Below are positions 27,801-40,500 of a stretch of DNA of 64,000 nucleotides, piece by piece; positions within the stretch are counted from its first letter, which is position 1; the number at the start of each line of letters is the position of its first letter. Source of the stretch: Saccostrea cucullata (Eukaryota); assembly GCF_032062105.1 (NCBI RefSeq), contig NW_026928881.1:186001-250000 (forward strand). The letters are read 5' to 3'. The translations under genes were made by a program, and so were the position numbers. The notes under the pieces are model-generated. The model was given only the letters and a program-made list of their open reading frames with translations. It was not told the DNA's origin and searched no databases.

Positions 27801-30800
27801 CAAATTAAGTTATCCACAGACAGTGTCAGTCATGGTATTGTAATATTGTGTGGCAAATCCTGCCCAGAATAAGTCATTTTCTAGAGGCTAGTCATTAATG
27901 CTACATTCTGTCCCCCATAGTAATTACGGGGCTTGTCAGAGACATGGCCTTGATGTACAATACATTCCCTAACCACCAATGTTAACCTCCCATCAACCAT
28001 TTATCTTTCTGCTGCTACTGATAACAAATCTCTTTCAATGTGTATTCCTCTATTGGAATTCAATACAAAAGCAGCTGTTTTCATCCAATAGATGAATAAC
28101 CCCAAAATTGGATTCTTTGTGAATCTTTCCTACTACCAAACTATGACCAATGACTTTTTACATTTACTTCAAGTAAACTCCGAAATTGGATTTCTGTAGA
28201 TATTTCTAAGATCAATGATTTAATTGTTGCAAATTTATTTCAATTATATTTCCACTTCACTTTTTTTTTGGATAATTTTTTTTCTTTTTCCAGAAATTTT
28301 TGAGAATTTACACATAGTCATATTGTTGCCTATTAGCAGATAAATAAGAAATATGGTGCATAATTTGGAATATATTCCTAATTCTTCCCTTTAGGAATCA
28401 CAAATAACATTCCAGAATATGTATTCTTTAGGTATACACTGTATTAGAATGTTAGGTATAGAAATTATGTGTCAATTTTTTATCATTGAAACAATTTATT
28501 TCATGATACAGATAGTGCCCCAGGGATAGAAGATTATTGACTTAACTAGAAATCATATTACACATTGACTCATATTTCAATTTGATTTTTGCGGTTACTC
28601 TGGTTAGTGTTATTTATTATTGATCAATTAATCTATATATTTAGAATCTATAAATTTAATACTCTGTATAAAAATGAAACCTTTTCTCAAATGAATTATT
28701 CACTTTTGCTTTTTTTGCAAGTCATCCTTCGAAAGAATTTGTACAGGTTGTGTTATATATATATATATATATATCTGATTAAATCTAGTAAATCACATTT
28801 TATTGATAAAGACTTTGTAAGTTAATTATTTTACAAAATATTTCAATGCAGAAATAAAATCTCATGAGTGGTAAAAGGAATAAAATGTAAAGATAATAAA
28901 CAGTGATCATGCTGATGGATCCATTTGAACATAAGATAGAATTATTTAGGAGTAGAGCAAACACAGCCCTCTAGAACATCAGAGGTAGGATCAGGTGACA
29001 TGGGTGATGAAACATCCCCATCATACACTAAATGCTCCTAATCCTGATGGGGTAAATGAAAAAAAAAAATTATCGAGAATTCAATTTGAGAATAATATCC
29101 AAGCCACATTCCAAGGCGAAATAATCAAGAAAATGCAAAAAATATAGCAGGGTCATTAAATATATATATATATATGTTTATATACTGGGCCAGAAAAGAT
29201 AAAACTTCTGTGGAAGCTCCCTGGTTAGTGGAATAGTACAAAAATCATTCAAAATTCTTTTTCTATACAAATACACACAGGCAGTACTACAGAAGTCATT
29301 CTAGTAAATCCAATTTTTTTGGTCTATTATCCCCTCACAATGGAGTAGAAGGGGATATAGTAACACAGTAGTGTGTGTTATTGTTTATGAGTTATGTCCT
29401 GTGCAAAACGGAAGTGATATTAGTTATCCAGGTTCAATCAAGGGTGTATGGAATTTACCCCGGGTTTTATTCCATACACCCTGAGGCTGATTAAACCTGG
29501 ATAACGAATTTATTTCCTATGTACCAATACAAATTCTTTGTATACATCAGAGTCTAATCAACTGTGTCTCAACCTGTCAATAAGATTTACTACGTACTAC
29601 TGTATAATGCATTGTGACGTCATGTCATTGCTTTTTATCATAGCGAAACTGTGCATTGTGACGTCGCGTTTTATTTACCCCCGGCTCAAGTCGGGTGCAC
29701 GGAAATTTACACCCGACTTTGTAACCAATCAAAGCTCGTGTTACAAGCTACATAGGAAATAATGTAATTTGCATCAGGATCAAATTGTTGAACGTTGTCT
29801 TGGTTTACAGATAGCTCTTTGCATAGAAGATGTTATTAGAAGATCATGGAACTTTCCATTAATCATTTAGGTCATGACTAGTCAATGCTCAAGTACTAGA
29901 TGAGATAATTTTCCCTTGGAGGAACTCTCCTGGTACAATCAACACAGTTAAGCATTGTAGGGTTTATGGGTACTAATGCATATTTTAAAAAAAATGACTG
30001 CATTTTATTGGACTGCAGGAATAACAGGGAAACAGAACATGGAGAGCATTAAATTTTTAATGTGACAGACATGCAAACAAATTGCAAATCCACAGACTGA
30101 GATGTTAGATGCAACTGCCTACAGAATGTCAATCCCAAAGAGACAAATGAACAATAGGGATGGCATATACTGCTCATTATATTTATAAACTTTTTTTTCT
30201 AATTGATAGAAATGTATCTCTTTGTTATCTATTAGGTAATTCAGTAAATGACCTTTTATCAAATTTGTTACAAAAAGAGGGGTAACTGACAGAGACTCCA
30301 GGAGAAGTTCTTGATAGCGTGTGACAATTGGCAGTGTTCTGCCACAAGTCTCAGGTGAATTGGTTTTGTAATATCAAAACTGATACCTTCAGTAGTGAAA
30401 AAAAATCATTTTTGTCATTTATTTCCAAGTGGATTGGATTCAAGATTATACTGCATTTGATCCATTTGAAAAAAGAACTTTTTTGCTTTGTAATTCTACT
30501 TTCAACTACAGTCAGATGTCAATATCTGGAACTCAGTTTACACAAAAATTAAGATATCTCAGAATTTGATCAGGAAGTTTCAAGTTAAGCTTTGACTTTA
30601 GAACACAGGTCATAGATTTACATGTATATGAAAATTTGGAAGAAGTTTACACAATGAAAATGAAGTACATACTCACCATGACAAAGTCTTGATTTTATAA
30701 ATGTCTGTTTATTTCAATATTTGTGATATAATATCCTTTGTAGGGAGAACATAATATGGGTGAACCGGCCATTCGCCCTTTGGATTGCTCAAGTCACAGT

Positions 30801-33309
30801 TGCCATTATCAGTCTTATGGAAACTATCCTTATACAGTATCTCAGTTACAAGGTAAAGATTTGATTTGATCCCTATCAAATATACAGCACAAGATATATT
30901 CTTGTCGTTTTTAGAAGCTTGAACTTACAGACACTCAAAACTATGGAATAAAGTGTGTACCTTTATTCTTGAATGTGAGCAGAAAAATTATTATCACAAA
31001 ATTATCATGAGAAACACCAATTATGAAATAAAAATATTTTTTTATTGCTTTTGAGTACATTTAAAATGTCCTTTTTAAATGATTTCTACTAGTCATTTGT
31101 TCAGTATTAAGTACTGTTGTAAAATAAGAAACCTACAATATTTTCTTTGCTGTAGCCAGAAATCTAACTCTAGTAGGGTTAAACACATAAAAAATAATAT
31201 GACGCAAACTAAAAAAATAAGTATTAAACAAGTTTTTCAAGTATATTTTTTGTTTACAGGGAAACATATTACAACAGATTCTGTCTGTAGAGTTTTTATT
31301 GGAACTTGTTAATACAGTTCCCTTTGTTGTAACAGTAAGTATTGTTTTTCCTGTTTTGAAATTTGAAGTTTCACAAAAGATAGATATAAGAATTCATTGA
31401 CAAGCATTAAATGAAGTTTGCAGTAACAATGTCTTCATTTTTTTTCCACTGTCTTTCTTATTGGTTACAGATATTTTGGCCTCCTCTGAGACAACTTTTC
31501 ATTCCTGTATTTTTTAACATCTGGTTAGCTAAGCAGGCTTTAGAAGATATGTTTGTAAGTACATGTAGAATAATATAAATGACTATTGATTATTTATTTT
31601 TGGTCTTAAATAAGCTGGGTTTGCCCAAAGCATATAAGTTCTCAGTTTTCAAGATCATGCATATTAAATTATTTTGCTTAAGAAGCATTTATTTGGTCTT
31701 ATTTTTCAGAATTTAGCTTTTACTGATAGTAGTTTAAAAAAAAGAATCATGGATGACAGAGCAGTTATCTTAGTATGTCTGAATTATGTTTCAAAGTAGA
31801 AAATGAGAAATGAACACAAGTCAAAAAAAATTTAGATGCAAAAAGGTGACCTGGTTGTTGATGAAATAAATTTTCAGTTAGGATAAAAGTGACTTGATAC
31901 ATGATATATTCTGTTAATGAGCTTTAAACTTGATCTTGATCATTGTACAATGTATATCTATATCTCCGAGGGTATGAAAAGTATATGGTTTCGCAATCAT
32001 TGAGAATTTTATGCAATTTTTTTTTTGTTGGGAGGGGGAGGAGGCAGAGAAAGGAAAAATTGAATTATCATGGAAAAATCTTATGTATCTTATGAAAGAC
32101 ACACATCATAACCTTTGTAATGTACATATAGGATAAATCTATTAGTAAGGATCAAAGAGATCACTTTCCTTGGTGAAATAAAGAAGATTAATATATAATA
32201 TTCTTCATTTGCTAGATTGAAAACTATATACATGTATTGGTTTGTGAAGGTTATTGTATTATTATTTAATGTACATTGTTTTTTATTGAACAGAATGATT
32301 TGCACTGATTAATGATGAAGTTTGAAGGCTATTGTATTACTATGTACCCTATTACAAGTAATGATGTGTTTTTATTAAACAGAATGATTTATGCCTAGTG
32401 ATGATGAAGTTTGAAGGATATTGTACTATTATATCAACTTTATTGCTTTTATTGAACAGAATGATTTACACACCGAGTGATGATGAAGTTTGAAGGTTAT
32501 TGTATTACATGTAGATAATGCTGATTGTTTTTATTGAACAGAATGATTTACACCGAGTGATGATGAAGTCTCAGTCAGCCTTATCTCAACAAATTATGAT
32601 CCTCATAGCTACCATTGTATGCCTTGTCATAACCAGGTAAGATAACTAACCATCACTAATAACTAATAAGCCATAACTATAAAAACTTATTAACCACCTC
32701 TTCTGAATACAATTTTTGGCATTATCAGGTAAGATAACTAATAAATCATCACTAGTCTAATAACTAATTTACCATGACTAATTACAAAATAACCATCTCT
32801 TATGACTATGAAGTCTTGCTATAACCATGTAAGACTACCTTTACTATAACTACCATGGTAATAACTAGACAGCCACCACTTATCCTAAATGACTATATAC
32901 CTCTTAGTTATTATACTGTACGTATTTATAATATATTGTTTTCATTCACAGTACGTGTGGTGTGCAGCATCTCCAGCGCGGTGGAAACCGACAGTTTGAT
33001 CTGTTTGAGTCGCTGTGGTTCTCTATGGTGACGTTCTCCACGGTTGGATACGGTGACATATACCCTGATATCTGGATCAGCCAGCTCTATATGTTGACTA
33101 TGATCTTTGCAGCCCTCATTGTTTTCCCCAGACAAGTAAGTACAGCCAAACACAAAAATCTATACTTGTATAGCCTGGAAATCCTAATTGGTTTCTTTGT
33201 TGTGGTCACTTTGATAAGTCAGCAGACAGTGATTGTAGTTTCTGTTGTTTTTGTGTCATAGAATTAGATGGGTAATTATATATCATTACTGTTTCAAAGT
33301 AGTAAATAA

Positions 33310-33353
<44 letters not shown>

Positions 33354-33451
33354 TACATTTTGTCCGGCGTCCGTCTGTTCGTCTAGCTGTCTAACTGTCT
33401 GTCCGTCTGTCTGTATGTCCGTAAACTTTTCACATTTTCGACTTCTTCTCA

Positions 33452-33482
<31 letters not shown>

Positions 33483-33483
33483 C

Positions 33484-33532
<49 letters not shown>

Positions 33533-34523
33533 GCACGCCCTCATTTAAGGGGAGATAATTGAGAATTAGTGAAAATTTGGTGGTATGTTTTAAAAATCTT
33601 CTTCTCAAGAACCAATGTGCCAGGAAAGATGAAACTCATGGGGAAACATCTTCAGGTAGTGTAGATTCAAATTTATTCAAATCATGTCCCCCGGGGGTAG
33701 GGCGGGGCCACAATGGCCGACCAAAGTTTTACATAGAAATATATAGGAAAATTCTTTAAAAATCTTCTTCTCAAGAATGACAAAGCCATAATTTATCAAA
33801 TTTATATGGAAGCATGCTCAGGTAGTGTAGATTCAAATTTGTTCAAATCATGACCCCCGGGGGTAGGCCGGGGCCAAAATGGCCGACCAAAGTTTTACAT
33901 AGAAATGTATAGGAAAATTCTTTTAAAATCTTCTTCTCAAGAATGACAAAGCCATAATTCATCATATTTATATGGAAGCATGCTCAAGTAGTGTAGATTC
34001 AAGTTTGTTCAAATCCTGAACCCCCCGGGGTAGGGCGGGGCCAAAATGGCTGACCAAAGTTTTACATAGAAATGTATAGGAAAATTCTAAAAAAATCTTC
34101 TTCTCAAGAATGACAAAGCCATAATTCATCATATTTATATGGAAGCATGCTCAGGTAGTGTAGATTCAAGTTTGTTCAAATCATGACCCCCGGGGGTAGG
34201 CCGGGGCCAAAATGGCCGCAGTTTTACATAGAAATATATAGGAAAATTCTTTAAACATCTTCTTCTCAAGAATGACAAAGCCATAATTCATCATATTTAT
34301 ATGGAAGCATGCTCAAGTAGTGTAGATTCAAATTTGTTCAAATAAGACCCCCAGGGGTAGGGCAGGTCCAAAATGGCCGACCAAAGTTTTTAAAAATATA
34401 TATAGGAAAATTCTTTAAAAATCATTTTCTAAAAAATAGCAAATCCATGATTGGTCATGGAACTACTTTTGGATTTAAACTTTACAATAAAAAGCCATTT
34501 TCTACTTTTTCCTACCCTTAGTG

Positions 34524-34559
<36 letters not shown>

Positions 34560-37500
34560 TGAAATTTTAGAATGAAACTTTCAGCTCAGAATCATCAGAA
34601 ACTTAATAGAAGGATGTGGTAGATAAATCTATGAATATGAAATTTATACCACACACTATATTAATTTTATCTACATGTATTATGAGATAATGATGTTACC
34701 AGGTACATGTACTGTGATAGGCTTGATGCGTATTGCTTTAATACTGATGCAGAATTTGATAAATGTAAGCATTAAAAATTGTATAGAAGCCATTCATGTA
34801 TCAAAATTGTACAATTCATAAATGAAAAGAGTTTTATATGAAATCTATACATGTATGCAATCTTCAATGCACATGGCCTTCAACTTTGTATCTAGAGGAT
34901 ATACAATGTATGATGGTAGCATTGCATATTTCATTTGGTAGAGCACAAGTGAGCACTATGGCCCATTTGGCACACATTTTTTTAAAAAGTGCATTGCATT
35001 TCATTGGCTTAAGAGTAGGGCTGGGTATTAGCCAGAGATTTTGTATTGTGATATAATGCTATATTTTAAACTGTATTGCAATATGTTTTGCAATATTTTC
35101 AATGAAAATAAAAAGGCATTTTCCTATCATATTAACTTTAATTCACATGCAGAATGTACATAACTATGATAAGTAACCAAAAGAAAAAAGATCTTGTTGA
35201 TATTTTTTAAAGTTTTGCTTTGAAATACATCCATAAAACAGTTTCTGTTGTGATGTTTGGCTTTAAAACAAACCATTCTTACATTTATTTTTATATTTAA
35301 TGACAAAATTCCTTAGTCTAAGCATTTGATATTACAAAAACATATTGCAATATGATATTTTTTGTCAATGTATTGCAATATACCGAAATATAGATATTTT
35401 TGCCCAGTCCTACTCAAGAGGTTCACATGAATATAAAAATTTTTACGTATTTACTTAAAGTCAGACGTTCGTCAAATATATGTTCTGTATCTCTTCGTAT
35501 CTCTTCGTATTATATAAAAAATATTCATATATGTCATTCTTTTCTGATTTCTACATTGTTTTCAAAATGTTTTTAAGTATAAGTACACCAAAAATGGTGA
35601 TAAAGGCCATTCAGAAGATTACCCATATTAAGGGTTATATAAGAAATATGACCTTGTGGTATCTTGTCCAGATGCCTGGTAAGGTACCCTTATTTTTTGT
35701 GAGGAATCTTATTCAAGTACCTATTCTTCAATGACAAATTCTTAGGAAAAATTATATATTTTTGAGGAATGTGTCATCTGACCTTAAGGTAGGATTCTTC
35801 TCTGGTTTCTGACTAGATGAAACATTCAAAGCATATTTGCTTATATGTCTTACATATTGAGGTGTAAGGAATTTAAAAGACTATATTTTTCTTTCCTCAT
35901 CACAATTGTACAACTTTAAATAGAAATGGTAAACTGTGTTTGAAAACTAGCAGGGACTGTATTTTTGGCGGAATGGTGGCGTATGAAAATATCTTCTTTT
36001 CTGCCTCTCAAAATTATAATAGAACAATAAATTTAGTTATAATTTTTACACAGTCGAAGACTTGGAGAAATTTTCAAATGTAAGTTAGATTAATAATGAG
36101 GGACTAAACTTTCAAAATATATTAAATAAATATGATTTTTCAAATAAACTAGAACTTTATTAGCTTTTAAACGCTTCCTATCAAAGTGCAGATCTGAGCC
36201 AAAAATCCATAAAAAGTATTTTTTCTCATTTAGTAAACGATCAAAACTTTTTGTTTTTGTATCATTTTGTACATTTATAAGACTACTTTATTATATGTGA
36301 AAATAAGAAAAAGTTAAATATAGGAAGCATATGAAAATAACTAATATATCCTAAAAAATTAAGAAAAACAGAGAAAATTCGGATTAGCCAATATCCAGTT
36401 AAGTTAAATTATTTATGTAAATTTGGTAATATCATGCTATAGACCCGATATAGCAATATGTTTTTATGCAAAAAGAACAATCATTAAACTTTTGAAATAG
36501 AAGTAGGTATCACATGATTGGCAACAGTTATTTTTTATTCTTAATGTCAAGGAGAAAGATATTGACCTTGACCTGACCTTGCCTCTAATATAAAACGGTC
36601 AAAATTAATTTCACTGATACTATCACTTACTGATATTGTCTTCTTGATTCTGTGAAAATTTCATTAATTCTTAAATATTAGAAAAATGAGAAGAATCCTA
36701 CCTTAATAAATTTTATAATTGCTGACTAATAAATGCTTTGGAAGATACTAAGAAAGACTCCATTTTTTAGTTGGAGCACCTGGGTTATACATGGCTGGAG
36801 AGACAGAGACAGGGTGGTGCCTACAGTAACCACCGAGCTCAGACAGAACGCCATGTGGTGGTGTGCACTACCACTCTACAGTCAGACACCGTGCTGGATT
36901 TCCTGAATGAATTTTATGCTCATGCCATTTTGCAGGTAAGATTTGGTAATTTTCTTTTTAAATTGTTGATCAGTCCAGCATATGCTAGATTCGAATTCCT
37001 TTACTTTTCTTAATGACAAATTGTACATAGAAACAGTTTTGACTTGGACATCTATAAGAGATGACTATATTCACAATGAACATTATGATGTAACTATTTT
37101 ATTATCAATTGGTGTACAAACATGGGCATTGGCTCTAACTTTAATCTAACACTTAATTAGAAAGTTAGGTTATGGGAATTAAGATACAAAATACCCAATC
37201 TATATATATATTTTTATTTATGAAGAACAGCACTAAACCACCTTTTGCTTAATTGGTTAAGATTTTGGTGTGTATTAAAAGTAATTTTTCTGAAACTAGC
37301 ACCTGACAATATTTTTTCCCAGGTAGTTCATGTTTATTTCTGTTACATTGTACCTAAGAAGTTAAAGAGACAGAGCTATTTTAAGCATACAACTCAATGA
37401 ACAAACTCTGTATAGATCTTATGTGAACTTTTCTAGATTTAATAAAAAGTTTGAAGTGATGCCTATTTTTAGCATCACCAGCATATGGATGTGAATATTT

Positions 37501-40500
37501 TTACATCAAGTGAATGCTGCTCAATCAGTTCACATGATTTAGAATGATTTCAAACAAATAGGAAACCTTACAACCCTCTTTTCTGCAGCCATTTAAAGAC
37601 CTTCCAACAAGTGTTCGCTGTGCATTTAAGTGGAATCTTGTTCTTTTTTATTGCCTTTTCACACCATAAACAAGATGAGCAACTGACAAGCAATTGAACT
37701 ACAAGTCACTTTAGCTGTTTAGATGGTTTTTGTGAGCAATTGAACTATATATCACTTCAGCTGTTTAGATGTTTTTATAACCTCTTTTTATGTCACCCCC
37801 TTCAGTAAATTCAGTATTTTATTACCGTTTAACTAGTGCATCATTTTAGCATGAAGAGAAGATTGAAACAACAGTTACTTTAAGATTAATAGTTAGCAAT
37901 TACAGCAGAAGAAAATTAGAGTCTGCTGCCACTTTATTTAGCTCCAATAAAATATCTGACTTAAATTTAGGTCAGTTTTTGTTATTCTCTTTTAAGCTCA
38001 CCTGAGCTGAAGGCTCAAGTGAGATTTCTGATCAAAATTTATCCATTGTCTGTCGTCGTCGTTGTCTGTTGTCATGATCTCCATCGTTGTCGTAAACTTT
38101 TCACATTTTCATTTTCTTTTCAAGAACCACTGGACCAATTTCAACCTAACTTGCCACAATGTATCCCTGGGTAAAGGGGATTCAAATTTGTTCAAATGAA
38201 GGGCCACACCTTCTTTCAAGGGGAGATAATTTTATATTACTCAAAAAATTAAAACAATGGACGATCAAAGTTTTACATAGGAATATATAGGAAAAATCCT
38301 TAAAAATCTTATTCTCAAGAACCACTAGGCCAGGAAAGGTGAATCTCGTGTGGAAGCATCCAAAGGTAGTGTAGATTCGAGTTAATTCAAAGCATGACCC
38401 CCAGGGGTAGGGTGGGGCCGCAATTGGTGTTCAAAGTTTTACATAAAAATAAATAGGAAAAATCTTAAAAATCTTCTCAAGAACAGCAAAGCTGCTATTG
38501 TTCATTGAAGCAATGAATTATTGTTTATTGAAAGATATAGTTTCATTACTGCAACGGTGTGTGCAAACAAATTGAATAACGTGTGTTATGAATAAAGTTA
38601 AAAGTTTTATGTATGAAAACTTAGGGAAAACCATTAAAAATCTTGCCCTCAAGAACAGCAAAGCTGTGATTGGTCATATTTATACTTTTCAATACTAAAA
38701 TGCTCAATTTTCTGCTTTCTCCAAGCCGATGTGCTCAGGTGAGCAGTGTGGCCCCTGGGCCTCTTGTTTTACTTCAGATTGCTTCATGGTTCATAAAGCA
38801 TAAACTGACTCAGCTCAGGTTATATGTTCAGTATAAATTGGGTTGCTGTTTAATTCATTCCTTAAATGATTTACATTTGAATTCTATTACATAACTATAT
38901 AATTAAGCTATTTCTATGTTTCAGGATTACTATGTTGTTCTACTTTCTCCATGTGACCTTGACCCCACAATGAAGGTCCTCCTGCAGGTTCCTATATGGG
39001 CTCAGAGGGTCATTTACATCAGGGGGTCAGCTCTCAAGGACTCTGACCTCACCAGGGCAAGGTTAGTGTCCTATTATTGATTTCATTACTTCAGTAAATT
39101 GACGTAAAAATTGTCTGCCTTTTTCAGCTGGAGGACACAGCAATCATAATGATAATTTTTTCTATCTTTCAAAATGTTGGATTGAAGGAATTAATAAATC
39201 CAGATTTATTCTACTGAGAGGAGTTTTTATCTTCTAAAATGGCCAGTTCCAATCCAATGTTCCTATAAGGTCATAAATAATCTGAGTAAGGCCTGCAAGC
39301 TGTGTCTGAAAAAGACTTGATTTATAGTAGTTGTGGCTATATTAGTTGGGATCAGAGAAAAGCTCAGTTTTCAAAAATAAGCAAGTTGTCTTTGATGTAA
39401 TTTTTTTTTAACAGTGAAAGATCTTTAAGTGTTATTTAGATATCCCTCTAAGAACATGTTTGCTTTAAGAACAAACAATAAACTCAAGACTACCAATTAA
39501 GAACTTTGTCATGACAAAAACTTGATGGTAAATAGAATCACATTGCATTACATTTTTAATTAATAAATAGAGAGCTTAATCTACTGGTTCTGTTGACAGG
39601 GTACAGGATGCTGAGGCCTGTTTTATTCTGGCAGCTAGAAATTATGTTGACAGAGGTGCTTCTGTAAGTAGAGTGTCTGATGAAATAACCATGCATTTTT
39701 CTAATACAATCTACCTGAAATATTTTTATGAATGCACAATATAACTAAAAGTAGACATAAAATAATTCCCATATTTTGTGATACAATGTAGCATTTCAGT
39801 TAGGTTCAGAATTACAAAATCCAATTTAATGTTCCCTTTGAAAAAAATGAATATTGGTTTGCACCTTTTATTCTGTGAGTTTCAAGTGTCAATGATTTGC
39901 TCAAAGTCTGACATCTTTGCTTTGAAGACATAATTGATCTGAAATGTACTGGTAGATTTTATGTGAAGAATTAAAGATACACTGTATATATTTAATTCCC
40001 TCGAAATATGATTTTCGGTTTAAGGGCACCAGTTTTTAACTGTGATAAGACAACTGTATTCTGTTTGCTGGTACTTTTTATTCTTCCCATTTATTAAATT
40101 TATATGACTTGTCTACCGGTATTTCATCCTGGTCTTCCTATATGTATGATTGTCTATTCCCTCTGTTTTAGGATCAGCACACTATTCTGAGATCCTGGGC
40201 CATCAAAGACTTTGCCCCTCACTGTCCTCAGTATGTGCAGATATTCAGACCAGAGAATAAATTCCATGTCAAGTTTGCAGGTTTGAGAAATTTCTTTTTT
40301 GTTATTACAGTGAAACTTGTCCAATCTGAATGTTGTATACTCCAAAGTCCTGTCTTATTTGATGGGAAGCTTATGTCCCTTTCAGTAAAGTTTATAATGT
40401 TACCTCATCCGGCCAATTTGTATGGAATCACTGGTGTCCCGGTTAGACAAGTTTTACTGTGTTTTTATTTTCCAATGACTTGGTCACTATTATTATACAT

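Noticed and set aside
33430-34450. CRISPR-like appearance of regular repeats
   Set aside because: Whole units repeat with no unique spacers; the context is a eukaryotic intron with no cas genes.
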